A DNA stretch of 62,975 nucleotides, the filler included, from Atractiella rhizophila (taxonomy: Eukaryota): assembly GCA_021432655.1 (NCBI GenBank). It is 3 parts of 3 records of this genome, joined end to end, with 100 filler letters (N's around TTAATTAATTAA, not from the genome) between each part and the next. Parts side by side here need not be neighbours in the genome. Positions count along the whole stretch, not along the records: positions 1 to 25,381 come from MU271728.1; positions 25,482 to 46,731 come from MU271729.1; 1 more part is not named here. One strand, 5' to 3'. The translations under genes and the position numbers were made by a program. The notes beneath the pieces are model-generated. The model was not told where the DNA came from. It worked only from the letters and a program-made list of their open reading frames with translations, and searched no databases. How positions within the stretch are numbered: position 1 is the first letter of the stretch; every line of letters begins with the position of its first letter. Positions 12,966 through 25,835 of the stretch are shown one piece after another.

Positions 12966-14693
12966 TCAAGCTTTTGTCTTCTTCTCCAGCGTCCATTGTC
13001 CTTTCCCACCCGTCCACTCCCTCCCAGAATCCGCCTTCGCGCTTCCTGGCTTCACACCCCATCCAATGATCGTGCTTGGACTTGCTTCTCTCTTACCCAA
13101 ACCAGTATAACACCTCTCCCCAATGATGTCCATCTCATCGTCACTCTCCTCCTTCACAGCTGTCACCGTAAGAGGCGGGGCGAGCACCTCCTCACTCTGC
13201 TTGTCCTTCTTGTTCTCCTTCCCTATCCCTTTCAACTTTAGAGCTGCAGGCTTGGGGGCAACTGCAGGAGGCGGACCGCCTTTTCGTCGTCGAGTTTCCT
13301 TCTTCTTCTGTGCGGGAGTTAGAGGTCGAGAATGCGCGATCGCGACGGGCGAGAGGATGACGGATCGAGAACGGTTGAAAGTTGCATCAGCGTGCAATTG
13401 TGGAGAGGTCGGTGGAAGAAGCGCGTCTTCAACCTTAATCGACGGCTCTGCAGGCTGCTCTGAATCCAAGGACTGGCGGATAGAGATGATCGATAACGGA
13501 GGCGGCTCGCACAAAGGAGTGGTAGAGGATGGGACTAGCGTGTCCTGTTTTGGTGTTTGCTGGACACACCCCGCACTCTGCTGCCGCGTCATTGTAGCAG
13601 TTGGAATGGGAGAATCCCACTGGGGCGCTCTCGCCCTCGTATTTGTACTCCTCCCTAACGGTGTGCCAGGACTGTCTCCATGCTTAAATTTCCGCTTAAA
13701 CGCCTTGTCGAGCGCGTCTTGTAGTTCGCTTCTTCCAGCTTCTTGCCTTGCGCCAACGATTCCTTTCGAAACTTTTGTTTGGATAGGCGCCTTCCGAAGT
13801 TTGTGTTGCTTCAGTTCGGAAAGGAAGTCCGACATCCCTGCTCCTCCCACCACTTTCCCATGTCCCGTAACAGACACAGAAGCGGAGACGGAGGCGAAGG
13901 ATGGACTACGGGTCATCCGGTTGAGGGAAGGCAAGGAAGAGGAAGGTCGCAAGGAAGCGCGAGCTGCAGACAACGCGGTCGACGTCGTTCCATGCCCTGG
14001 AACCAGGGTGCGAACAGTAGAATTCGAAGCGGTAGATAGGACGCTGGAGCTACGCGTGACCATAGGCGGAGGTGGAGGTGGAGGTGGTGCTTTGAACTCA
14101 AAAGTTTCGCCTGGGGGAGATGGGATGCGTGATGGAGGCATGGATTTGTAGATGGCCAGCTAGGCATCGACGAGTCAGCTAAATCCATCAATCTAAAAAA
14201 CGGCACACCTCGTTATTCAGACGTTGAACTTCTGCCTCCAATTGAGCAATCCTCGAATGTGACTGAGAGCTGGATAGAGAGACACTCGACTCAGCCGGAA
14301 GAGAGAAAGTGAAGGGGTAGACTGAGTTTTCCTCGCTAATATTCTCGACTGGGGTTGCCTCTGTGCTCATTGAAGTTTGAGAGAGAATACTGGAAAAGAG
14401 TGAAGCGTCTGAAGATGTGTCTGCGTGATTCTCAAGTGAGTAAACAAGTTGACGGGGAATTCAGCAGGCGTACCGTTTTCTTGCGGAAAGAAAGGGGAAT
14501 ACGTCTTTCTCCTCTTCCTATCAAGACCTTCAACAACATCTTCATCCCTCCCTCGCTGCGTTCGCGGACATCATTTCACCCAAATATCTAATTTGGCAGG
14601 AAAACGCACCTTTCTCTCGCCTGTAATCCCAAGCATAAATCCATCAATCTCTCTGCGGGCTACAGCAGCCACGGTATTCCATAAACCAAACAT
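12966..14693 (-). CDS. Coiled-coil + polyproline + WH2-like motif protein
   Basis: Spliced from MFGLWNTVAAVARREIDGF (14693). Contains RIAQLEAEVQRLNNE, a P8 tract and MSDFLSELKQHKLRKA. Four exons join in frame. Confidence 0.7.
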
Positions 14694-14807
14694 GTTTCTT
14701 ATTACTCGTTACCAAACGTCTCAAGCGGTCGTTGTTTTCGTAAACACAAACCGCGAAGTTCGCACGTGATCCTGATCAATCTCTGAACCAACCACTATTT
14801 TGCATTT

Positions 14808-15793
14808 ATGCGACATGCGTTCAGCGCCCGACGTTTCTCCTCTCAAATCCAGGCCAGGTGCTTTACCCCAAAGACCCTGAAACCTTCTCCAGCTCCTACA
14901 GCCCAACAATTCCTTCAACTATTGCAAGAGCCATCACAGACAACACCTTTGCTGTTTCGCTCTTTGTACCGTCCGACGAGTGAACCATTGCCTGGACTCA
15001 TTAAGAGTCTGTTGGATAAACAAGGGAATGATAGGCTAGTAGACGTGGAAATAGGGAGATACGATAAAGAAGAGACATTTGACAGGGCAGAGGTACGGCT
15101 GAGCGCTTATCTCGCTTGGTTAGAAAGCGGCGGCAAGAAGGACCAGCTCGTCTATCTAGCGCAATGGAAAGCTCTGGACGAGGTACGTCCCCCACTTTGC
15201 TGATTACTCGTCCAAGTTAAACAGAATCTGTGCAGGTCCCAGACCTCAAATCACACTTTCCAGCTCCTACCTTGCTCTCACCGCTCCTCGAGCAGCGTAT
15301 AGCAGACCTCTACGAATCTTCATTTTTTGTCGGGCCAACAGGAGCAATTACCCCACTGCATTCGGACCCGTATGAAAATCTATTCACTCTTCCCTGCACC
15401 TCGTCTCCTTCTACAGCAAAACATTTCCTAATCTTCCCTCGATCTCTCTCTGCACTCTTACGGAAGAACAAGGACATGCGTCACTGGTCTCCTGGGGAGA
15501 ACACTAGTTTATTGGACTTTGAAATCTCGAGAGGAGAACAGAAACATTCTGAAATACGAGCCAGTTGGGATGTTAGGTGGAAGAGTGACAATGTCGACGA
15601 GAGAGAGAGCATCGAAGACGGAGCATTACAGTGCACATTAATGGAGGGAGACGCGTTGTTCATACCGCGAGGTTCATGGCATAGAGTTGAGAATGTGGAT
15701 TTAGAGGGTAACGAGAATGTATGGACGGCTGGGGTGGGATGGTGGTTTAGGACGAGAGGAGAGGGGGGTGTGGGTAGGGAAAGAGGCGCGTGA
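14808..15793 (+). CDS. JmjC/cupin-8 2-oxoglutarate/Fe(II) oxygenase (JMJD5/FIH-like)
   Basis: YLAQ, FFVGPTGAITPLHSDPYENL (HxD) and LMEGDALFIPRGSWHRVEN (distal His). One intron. Confidence 0.88.
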
Positions 15794-16560
15794 TTTCTCC
15801 CTATTTTCTCTACAACACTGTGTTGCGTACTTCTCGCAATTCACCATTAAATTGCGAGCCTGAGCAGGAAGTCAACGCGGGTTCTTGTTGACTGCTTCAT
15901 TTCACTACGCAACTGAGGATGTCCGTCCATATCAAAGCTTGCTTGAAATTTTTCATGAAACAAAGACAACTTTACTTTCGTACGTCTTCAGAGTGATAAG
16001 AAGTAAGGCTAATAAGGCATACTTCATACAGATGCATTTTGCTCCTAGTGTTTCATGCTCTTATTATTTGTTTGGAAATTGACCTTCAGACTGAAAGTTC
16101 TTGCCACGCTTCTCATTGAGCCACCATTTTGTTCACTTGTTCATAACTCCGGGCCGCCCCAGCGTCATGAAGTGACGTTCCAAAATCAACTTGTTTGTTC
16201 AGATCCTCGGAAGCTGTGTGGAAGTGGAGCACGTCAGGTGTAAATTCCATCGGAACTTGTGGAACCCCCACAATTCGCGGGGTTACTGTTGCACGAGGAA
16301 GGGAAAGAACAGCAGGTTCTCAGTCTTGCATTTGCCCATCACGTTGCAAAAGCGGTTAAGGAAGAATTGAATGATCCGAAACGTCACGAAAGCAGCACAA
16401 GATGGTAGAACGCGAGGAATGTTTGAGCTAAAGCTCGTTTACCCCGCAACACAACACGGCAAACGGTGACCTCGTTCTTCATAAAACCTCAAGGAGATGG
16501 TCTAGGAGAGATGTGTGAATAGCTCCAGAGCCGTTCAATTGTCAGTGGGACAGAGGCACA

Positions 16561-18572
16561 ATGAAGGCCTTCGCACTCGCTTCCACCCTCCTTGCCGTAG
16601 GGAAAAGTCTTGGTATGATCCGCTTCCCATATTCATGGTCCTAGACTTGATGCCGCATTCGTAGTCGTGAATACCTTCGATGGAGAAGGCTTTCCAACTT
16701 GTTCAAATGTCGCACAAATCCTTGTTCCCGCCGACATTGACGAGGTTGTGAGCATTGTCAAGCAAGCGGCAGCTTCTGGAACACCCGTGCGATGCGTGGG
16801 AGGTATGAGCCTTCGCTGTTCCTTTAATGCCAGGCTGAAAATGTTGATGGCCCAGGTGGCCACTCTTGGTATAATACCACCTGTTCCGACGATCCGAAGA
16901 CGATCGTGACCAAGTCCGACAATCTGCAAGGAATCAGTGACCTGAACATGGACGAAGGCTCAGTTGTGATTGAAGGAGGGGTAACTTTCCTAACTCTCGC
17001 GAATTGGTTGCATCAAAGGAATGCTTCACTCGCATTCGCTCTGGTCAATTGGAACATCACGTGAGTTGCTCTTGATCCTCAAAGGACTCTAAAATGACAT
17101 ATGGGTTGCAGGATTGCTGGCGCTCTTGCTATGGGCGCTCACCGGTCTTCACTGAAGGAACATTCTTCAGTAGGCGCTGCTGCACTTGCTGTGAGTCTCT
17201 GGGAGTTCGTGCAAATCACGTGTAATATTGATGATGATCCAGGTTGATATCGTCAATGGGAAGGGAGAGCTTGTTCATATTGAGAAAGACGAAAATGACG
17301 ACCGGTGGCTGGCCGCTGTGACCAGCTTGGGAGTGTTAGGAGCCATCGTCCGCGTCAAATTCGCCGTTGTGCCTGATTTCAAGGTATATGCCAACCAGAA
17401 GATGTACGTCCTATTGGACATGCTTGATTAGGACTCACACATTTACGCAGCCTTTCCGAAGACGACGTTCTCAATGGGGATGTATATGGATTGATTTCTC
17501 CATACCCCCACCGCTAATTTCTGGTGGTACGACCTTTCATTCGGCTTTGTAAAAGAGATCACTGAGTTGCTTACAGGTGGCCTGGTCTCAAGAAGTTTCA
17601 TTACAGATACTACGATGTTGTTGCGACGAGCCACGATGGGAATGCTCTCCAGAACACTTTCTCTCTCTCAGATTTTGAAGCTGGAGTGGCAAAGGGCCTT
17701 CTGGAAACTGGAAGCGTCATTGGGCTGGCGAATTTGGCGACAGAAACCACCTTCTTCGGTATCTGGTGAGTGTTCTATATTTTCAAAAATGACGGAAAGT
17801 GCCTCATTTTGGCCTCAGGTCTTTCCCTAACTTCCGCAACAACGATACCCAGCAAGCTCTTCTCACCTGGCCGACTTATGGATATGCGTACCCTGTCCTT
17901 ATTGGCGGATTATACCCAGATCAAAAACCAGGTATGTTGCTCCACTGCCTCCCATTGCGTACTGATACTCGTGATGCAGAATGGGAATTGGGCCTGCACG
18001 GCTATACCCTTGAGCTTGCTTTTCCTGTCACGATGGCGAACGCTATGTTGAAGCGGGTACGAGCTAAGTTTGACGAGTCGGCGGCTAAAGGAAAATTCAT
18101 GACTGCAACATATCGGAGTGGTATCAACATCAAATTCGGAAAGTGAGTAGTTCTTAAATCTTTCTTCTCACTTTGCTGACGCCGTAAGGGTAGGTCATTC
18201 AATGACCTCATAGGACAAACTCATGAGTCCGATTACCTTGGGGCAGACTGGTCCAAAGGAACCATCATGTTTGACTTTCCATCCTACCGTCCAAACAGTG
18301 GCGTGCGATACAACGAACCATTCTGTACGTTCTATTCCTATTTCTTCCATGTCCTTCCCGATCTAAACGGGATTATAGACCACGATCTCGCACAGACTCT
18401 CATCGAGGAGTTCCCTTGCAGACCACACTGGACGAAGAACAACCGTGATATCTACGCGTTAGCGAAGAACAACATAGACCCAGAACGCCTCGCTAGGTTT
18501 AAGGCTGTCCGACAAGAATTCGATCCTAACAATATCTTCAAGAGCGTCATTTCTGAGATATTGGGAGTGTAA
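16561..18572 (+). CDS. Secreted FAD-linked aldonolactone (L-gulonolactone/D-arabinonolactone) oxidase-like protein
   Basis: Signal-like MKAFALASTLLAVG; VRCVG/GGHSWY (covalent-FAD His motif); GGVTF; AMGAHRSS; C-terminal RPHWTKN and FDPNNIF. Many short introns. Confidence 0.85.
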
Positions 18573-18803
18573 CTTTCTTTCCAACCTCACGAAACGAAGG
18601 GCACGTGCGAACGACTTGAAGGTCATCTAACATGTCAATATTCAGATATTCACCGACAATGAATTGAATCTATCAAAGTGTTTCCATGTCCCGTTTGAAG
18701 ACGAAAGAAAAAGCATGAAAGGTACCCACGCAAGATGTGAGCAATCCAGATTTTAACGGCACTCAAAGTGTGTACATGTAAACACAACAGCTCCACAAGA
18801 TGC

Positions 18804-20814
18804 TTAGTCCTCTTCTTCCTCTGCAAATCCCTCTCCTACCATCCACTGAGGCGTCCCCTTCGGAGGGAGGCTCTTTCTGTCCTCCCCAGCAAACCGGGTG
18901 TACGCCCTCTCAAGGGTCTTAAACTCGTCCAAATCAGTATAAAACTTCGCCAGAGCCTTGGAGCGCCATTGTGGACGTGAGACAACGAAAGTTTTGTCTC
19001 TTTCCCCCTGAGTGCCGCGATGGATGAGCGGCGCGGTAGGTGGAAGGGAGTCGGAAGCTTCCTCCTTTGAAATGCAGCGTCAGTGGACGTCTGTAGAGGG
19101 AAACTCGAGCCTGAAAGGACTCACTTCCGAAGACATATACTTGATCTCAAAAGCCCTCTCCATATCCTCTTCGTCAATGCCAACAGGCCGCACCTTCCCC
19201 TCCTTCCCCTCCCTCTTCATTTCCTCCCAATTCTTTCGTCTCCTTTTCACTTTCTCTTCCTTCAATCCCCTCTTCTTATTCCTCCTCCTATGTTCTTTCT
19301 TCTTTTCCATTTTCTCAGGATCCGTCTGTGCGTCCCTTTCCCGCCTCAAATTCGTATACGCGCTCTCCACTGCCTCGTCAACGAACTTCCAATCACCAAC
19401 TGGTACATCGCGCCATTCTCCTTTCAAACTATTGTCGGATAACACTTGTCTTGCGATCGCAGAGGCAAAAGAAGCGTTGTTCTGCGATTGACGCAGCGTC
19501 TTACTCCAGTCCCACCGCCAGATCTTCTCTCCAGTCGTCGGATCATACCTATCAATCGTATCGTAGTCTGGCAAGGTAGGAGATGGAGAGTACCCGTGAA
19601 ATCTTCCGCTCTGAAAGCCTAACATGCTGAACATTGTCGATCGCACGGCTTTGGAGAGCTCGGGCCGTCGATGACCTTTGGTCGTTGCAGTTGTAGAGCT
19701 GGAAGGCATGATGAGGTTCCGCTTCCTCTTTGTCCCCGCGGTGTTTGTGGAAGTGTTAGCATTCCCAGACGGAAGAGGTTGAGACTGAGGAGGCGCAGAG
19801 TGGGAGTGGAGGAAGTCGACATTGGGTTGAGCGTTCATGATCAATTCCGGGGCGATGGGGATATCTTCCTCCCCTTCTTCTTGTTCCCCTGCTCCAACGC
19901 CATCCATCCCCGTCGCAACCCCTTCATGCAACCCGTCCGCCTCATCCATCGCTTGTTTGATCGACGCCATCATCTCCGGCGGTAAAGCCTGCAGGAGCTG
20001 AGTTATCTGTTGCGTCGGGCTCGTGTCATGGAGGTGTTGCTGCGATGGAGAGGAAACAGAGCCACCGAGACGGGAGGAGATGGAGGAGAGCAAACTCTTC
20101 ATGTGTCCTAGCTCGGTAGTGATTTGAAAGCGAAAAGTCTCCAGTGCTGTTATGCGCGAGGTCAGGTTTCCTACCTACTCCCCGAAGAACTCTCAGTGTA
20201 CCCTCTCCTATGAGAAATGGTGGACTGAAGATGCGTACTTCTAATCTGATTGCGTCTAGGTCTCCATTCCCGCTCCTTAATATCCCTCCTCCCACTCCTC
20301 CCGAAGAGGACGACCCAACATTGGCAGCTCCATATCCCCCACTCCCACCCCCAAAGCTCCTCAGTACCTGCAACAGTTGGGTCTGTACATCCCTGCTCTC
20401 CACACTTGCTGCTCTCCCTCCACCACCACCTCCTCCCACGTTGCCCATATTCCCCAACAACCCATTCTGCTGAGCATGGAGCAACTCGTTCAAATGCCCA
20501 ATCCCTCCTTCGTCAACTGATATTCCCAGTCCTGCGCCAGTCACACTGTTGCCAACGGACATACCTCCGTGAGCAGGATGAGATGGAAATCCAAACAACT
20601 GTCCAGCGACAGAAACAGAACTCGGATCAGGTTCCCATTCTCCGTCTCCGTCCCCAGCCACTGTTTCCGTTTCAACTCTGCTGTGCCCATGACCAGTCCT
20701 CCGCTTCTTCCTTGCTGGGGTAGTCTGAGCACTTTGCTGGGTATTCTGAGTATGCGATTGTGGAGGTGGGCGTTTGGATGAGGGTCCTGGCTGAGGTAGG
20801 GCCAGATCAACCAT
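18804..20814 (-). CDS. Hypothetical protein, probably nuclear, with a charged helical C-terminal domain
   Basis: MVDLALPQ at 20814. The exon chain includes WRWDWSK, AYTNLRRE, a basic tract, KYMSSE and a last exon RPQWRSKALAKFY...PQWMV...EEEED-stop at 18804. The first intron boundary is uncertain. Confidence 0.7.
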
Positions 20815-22628
20815 CTTCACAAAATTTTTGGTGAAAGATGTTCTGAGAAAAGGAAGCGAAAGGTTGTCGTCGTTGCCTTGCACAAATTCGTCCAAACGAC
20901 CAAGTCAGACATATACAAAGGAGGTGAAATTGATCTGCCTGTCAGAAACTGGTGCAACGCAAAGAACTACGAAGTGGTGGATTATTACTTGGATATCGAA
21001 CGAAGAGCTTTCGTGAGCGTGACATCTTTCTGTTGCAGGAGACGAATGAGTGAAAACCAAGGAAACATAAATGAACTCCATTTTATCTAAATTTCTTTCC
21101 ACGAATGATTCTAATATTCTCGATGTTTACATGTTGTTGAGGCAGGTTGAGGCAAAAAAAATCAAATTGGGCAGAGCTGGTTTAGTATTAGGGTCCAGCT
21201 TTGTAGGTGCGTTGAAATAATGTTGTCTTTAGACAATACAAAGCTCACGCCTCTTGTGGTGCTCTATATGATGGATGGAATTAGCGTTACGTCTAGGTCA
21301 CGCCTGTGAGGACGTTTAATGTTTCCTAACCGTTGAAAACCGCGCACTCAAAGATGGAAGCTCGTCCTTGCTGAGACCTGGAATGGTACAATTGCTTCCG
21401 CAAACTCTTCGTGCATTGACAGGTCAAAAGAGGAGGCAGACAACATATCACGCCGTCCAATGACTTACATGTAGCCAATGTGTAAAAAACCTGGGCTTCT
21501 TGTATAGGAAACTCTAGAGGTCCACGTCCCTACTCATTCGTGTCGTGGAAGACTCGCATTTTGGACAAGAAACTGCCAGAACAAAGGCTGACTTCTTTTC
21601 ATGGTGCTCTTGTTGACAGGTGATCCTGAGTGTGCATTCTAAGCAGGCGTAATGGATGAGAGAATCTAGCACTTAGTGCACGAAGTCATTAAATATGCGT
21701 TGAAATGTTTCAAATGGAAGTTTGTCATATTGAGCTTCGATGTGCATTTCAAATCGGAGCATTCAAACCTCATCGTCGTTTAACAACGCTGTATCGTCAT
21801 TGTCAGTTAGCAACTGAGAATACAGAGAAGTAAGGCTCCTTCAGCGACAAGAAGGAGTAATCATCCCTTTCAGTCGACAATATACAATTTTTCGTGCTCT
21901 TTGCCATTTCGCATTACTCCTGCAGCAGCCAACACCGGCCCTCGTGCTCTTTGCTTTAGCCTGTTAGGTTGGGGAGTAGATGGTCCTGGAGGTGAAGTCC
22001 AGGTGAGTGGGATTGGCTTGGACACACCGTCGAATTGTCGAATTGGAGAGCAGAAGCTGATGCTAACTTCGTTCGATCAGATGACTTGTGCTCGCATCTG
22101 TGTCCTCTTCCCTTCCCTTCAAGGTAGCTGGCTTCGATCAGATGTACTCCATGCTTTCCACAGCCAAGATGCGATTTTGCCCTACAGCTAGCTCAAGTGG
22201 GGTCTCCGGAACACCTGCAAATATTGAAAATTGGATACATTCTGACTGAGTATTCGCAGATATTGCTCTGATCTGCTTGGATGATCTGATGACCATGAAC
22301 CTCACCAAAGCTTAATAGGAGCTCACTGGTCACTGGAGACTCTGTTACTGTCAGTTGAGTACTTTTCTCTGGAGGAGCAGAGGAGACATAGTCTGGAACT
22401 TTAGTGGGATTTTAAGGTGTAAAGAGTGACAGATAAACGATGTGAAAACGTCCAACCATTTAACGTTTAATGAACTCAAAAGGTAGCTTCGATCGCGAAA
22501 GTGCTGCGGCCAAACAAGTGCAAATCACGCTAATCAAGCTCACATCAATCACACCCAAACGACAAACTACATAAAAGCCTCACCTTCCTTGCTTCTGTCC
22601 ATTCCCCTCCATTAAAGCCCCGTCTCAT

Positions 22629-25570
22629 ATGGCAGACGAGCTTGATAAGCTCGCCACGCTCTATTCTGGCAACTTTGATGAGCTTCCGTTGTCCCAGTCT
22701 CAGGCACAAAAACCTGTTCTGCATATATCTGCAAAGCCGAGGAGAGGCAGAGGAACAGGAGGCGGGATTGGGAGGGGCAGAGGCACAATTCAGAGCGGTG
22801 CAGCAGTGAGGGGAAGGCTAGTCGGGAACGTTGAAGCGGTTGGAGAGAAGAGGAAGGGTCGCAAGTCTGGAGCTGGTGTCGGTCATCAACACCATGGTGG
22901 TGCAAGCGGAAGCAGGAGCGAGGAGGAGGTGGACCAGCTCGATTCTCTTTCGAATGATTCGAGATCAGACGAAGGCAGTTTAGGAGACGAACCACTAAGG
23001 AAGAAGATGAAGCTCGACCAACGTGTTGCTGACTTGAAAGTTGACGAGGTGGTAACCAGTTCAAATCAAGTGTCTGCCAAGGTCTCAGGAAGGAAGGCGT
23101 TGGATGAAAATTACGACGATGACAGGATGGATATCGTACAGACAGTTCAACCAGCGGCACCAGCCCCACTACCACCAACAAAAGTTCATCCTCCTCCGTC
23201 GATCCAGCTCTCCAGTCCCGATCTCCTTCACTCCTCCTCGCATCCTCTTCCTCCTCCTCCAGTTCATCCATTGCATAATCCACCTCCACAAGCCAAGTCT
23301 ACAAGCTTGCAAGGCAACCAGAACCATCCCCATACACAATCCCATACGAACGGATCTGGTCGTGCACAAATGCAGATCTCAAGGTCCGTTCCCTTTGTTC
23401 ACCAACCTTCTTCCTTCCACATCCTATCCACTCAAGTTATTCTTCGCTCATTCGTGTTCATACGTGATGCTCTACAGGGCTCCTCCCTCACCCGCCGGGA
23501 CCTACACCGTCGAGAACAGCGCATTGCGCTCTCAGCTCTCGTCCACCGAAGCACGCGTCGTCCAATTGCAAGCGGCTCTGGAGGAAGCGCGTCGACAGAG
23601 CGACATCGTTTCCGAGACGCTCACGACGGCGACGAGGGAGAACGAGGAGGTAGTGCACGGACTGGAGGGGAAGTTGGAGAGCGTGAGAGCCATGAATGGT
23701 GTGCTGATGCGTCACCTCGCGCAAACCCGTTACACCTTCGCCAGGACCAGGGAAGGTTGGATACGGATCGGCGGCAGACTTTATGGGGTACGGAGGAGGG
23801 CTGAAGGAGGGATGGGAGTGGGAGAGAGGGGCACGGAGGTGCTCGAGATACCGCCTGGGGAAGAGGCGAGCCAGGAGTATGAGGGAGTGCGAGCGGAGAC
23901 GAGGGAGCTGTTGAGATACGCTATGGGGGTCAATAGGGAGGGACTGGAGAGGGTTGCGATGGGTATGGAGAGGCAAGAGGAGGATGAAGACGAGATAGTC
24001 ATCATGGGAGAACGAAGGCCAGAGATCTTCCATCCTTTGCAACACCAACATCAAGAGCGAGGACAGCCCAGCAATCCCTCGGATGATGCTTATCCTATCT
24101 CATACCCTTATTCCCATCCGCATCCGCAGACGACAGCACATCGACATAGTCTTCCATCACTCCCCTCGCTTCCTCTGCCGAGACAGCTTCAATCGCAGCT
24201 CCAATCTCATCAGCAACCCCGCTACGCCGAACCTCTCCCTGCACCCGTTCCACGAGCATACAGCGGGCATTTGTACGACGCGGAATATGCAGAGAGGGTA
24301 GAGATGTGGGAAGCACAAGGGAGATCCGCTCCAGTCCTTCCTCCTTCCGCAACAGGTGCTATCACGGAGGAGGCGTACTACCACCAGGACCATCGGGATG
24401 GTGATCGAGAACGGGACAGGGACAGGTTGGAGCGGCGGTACTTGCCCCCCATACAAGAAGACAGATCCTATCGTGTTTCGGCGAGAGGAGGCGAAGCGTA
24501 TCCGGTCATGGAATCACAACTGCACTCGCACTCTCAATATCCGGAAGGTTCGACTGCGGCACTGATGGAGAGAAGGAGGATGTCGAGGACGCAGGAGGGC
24601 TACAATGCTGCTGATCCCCTCCCGAATCAGGCCGGGGTATCTTACGGGTATGACGGAAGAGGAAAGGAAAGGAGGAGGAGTAGAGCCGGGTTGGATGGAG
24701 CAGGAAGGAGCGGGAGAAGGGAAGCATATCCTGTGGAGGGATATACGAGAGAAGAGTATGGGAGAGCACCAGCCGCCGGTGCGAGTGTGCCTGCCGGAGG
24801 AAAACAATCTCAAAGAGGTTTCATAGGAACGAATGGTTTGTCCTCCCTTGTCCTCTCATCCTAAACCTGACGCAATCGCCTGATTTTTAAGACCCAGATA
24901 ATGCCCCCATCGCGTCCACAAGCCGACGAGCGATCACCCATCCGTCTCAAGCACACCTACCCGTTCATCCTCACCCGCACTCTCCACCCGAAGAACACGA
25001 ACTCTCTCGGATCCTCCCTCCTCCTCACTCTCGTCACGACGACCGATCCAAACGACTCTCCCTCACCCGCGCTCCTCCCAATCCTTTCGACAACAGAGAT
25101 TCTCCCGCCGCTGGACACCCGTCACCTTTAGAAGTTGTCCCGATTCAAGTGGGGACGGAAATCATGCAAACTTACAGACGCTTGGCTCATACTGCGGAAA
25201 CATACTTTCCCCAGACTGGATTGGAAGTGCCATGGTATAAGGATTATGGGGAGCATGAGAGGGAGAGGGAGAGGGAGAGAGAAAGAGGAGAGAGGACGAG
25301 AGCGGAGAGTTGGAGTCAGAGGAGGGCGAGAGAGGGGAGAGGAATGGTGGAGCGAAGGGAGAGGATGGAGGATATGGAACTNNNNNNNNNNNNNNNNNNN
25401 NNNNNNNNNNNNNNNNNNNNNNNNNTTAATTAATTAANNNNNNNNNNNNNNNNNNNNNNNNNNNNNNNNNNNNNNNNNNNNTTAAGAAGAGCAAGAGGCC
25501 GAGGAGGAAGGGAGAGCATCCGAAGAAGAAACAATACGTTTTCTCTGAGGATGATATGTTTGATGATTGA
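22629..25570 (+). CDS. Low-complexity hypothetical protein with a central coiled coil, spanning a scaffold gap
   Basis: Three exons join in frame through GT-AG introns near 23383 and 24836. Coiled coil ENSALRSQL...LESVRAMN. The frame is open into the gap; after it an open frame reads KKSKRPRRK...MFDD-stop at 25570. Confidence 0.65.
25382..25481. other. Assembly gap with artificial six-frame-stop linker
   Basis: 44 N + TTAATTAATTAA + 44 N, exactly 100 nt. Confidence 0.97.
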
Positions 25571-25835
25571 TCAGTTCCATTATATTTGCTCGCACTCTCG
25601 GTAGTTTGTTGCGTTGTTTGTAGATGGGTTATCAGGGGACTTCGAGTTTCGATTGTATGTTGCGAATCACCTTTTCATCAATGTGAACGACTTTTATCCT
25701 CCATTCAAAGGACATGCTCCAAGGATATTCAAGCCAAAGAGAAATGCCATTAATGAGACAACAACACAACTGACCAGAACCAAGAACGAGAAAGAGAAAG
25801 GGCTAGATGCAATGCAGAGACAGGGAGTGGAGCAG

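Noticed and set aside
13123..14151. Long antisense ORFs (also 8055-8933 alternate frame, 26338-27027, 43491-44216)
   Set aside because: Shadows of real genes with biased composition; no independent motifs.
21000..22600. 1.6-kb stretch lacking a gene model
   Set aside because: No convincing ORF, repeat or RNA motif seen.
25256..25295. GA-rich microsatellite-like tract near the gap
   Set aside because: Encodes an ERERER low-complexity run within a CDS and probably explains the assembly break.
25426..25437. TTAATTAATTAA palindrome (also at 46776-46787)
   Set aside because: Centred in exactly 100-nt N gaps; an artificial stop linker, not biology.
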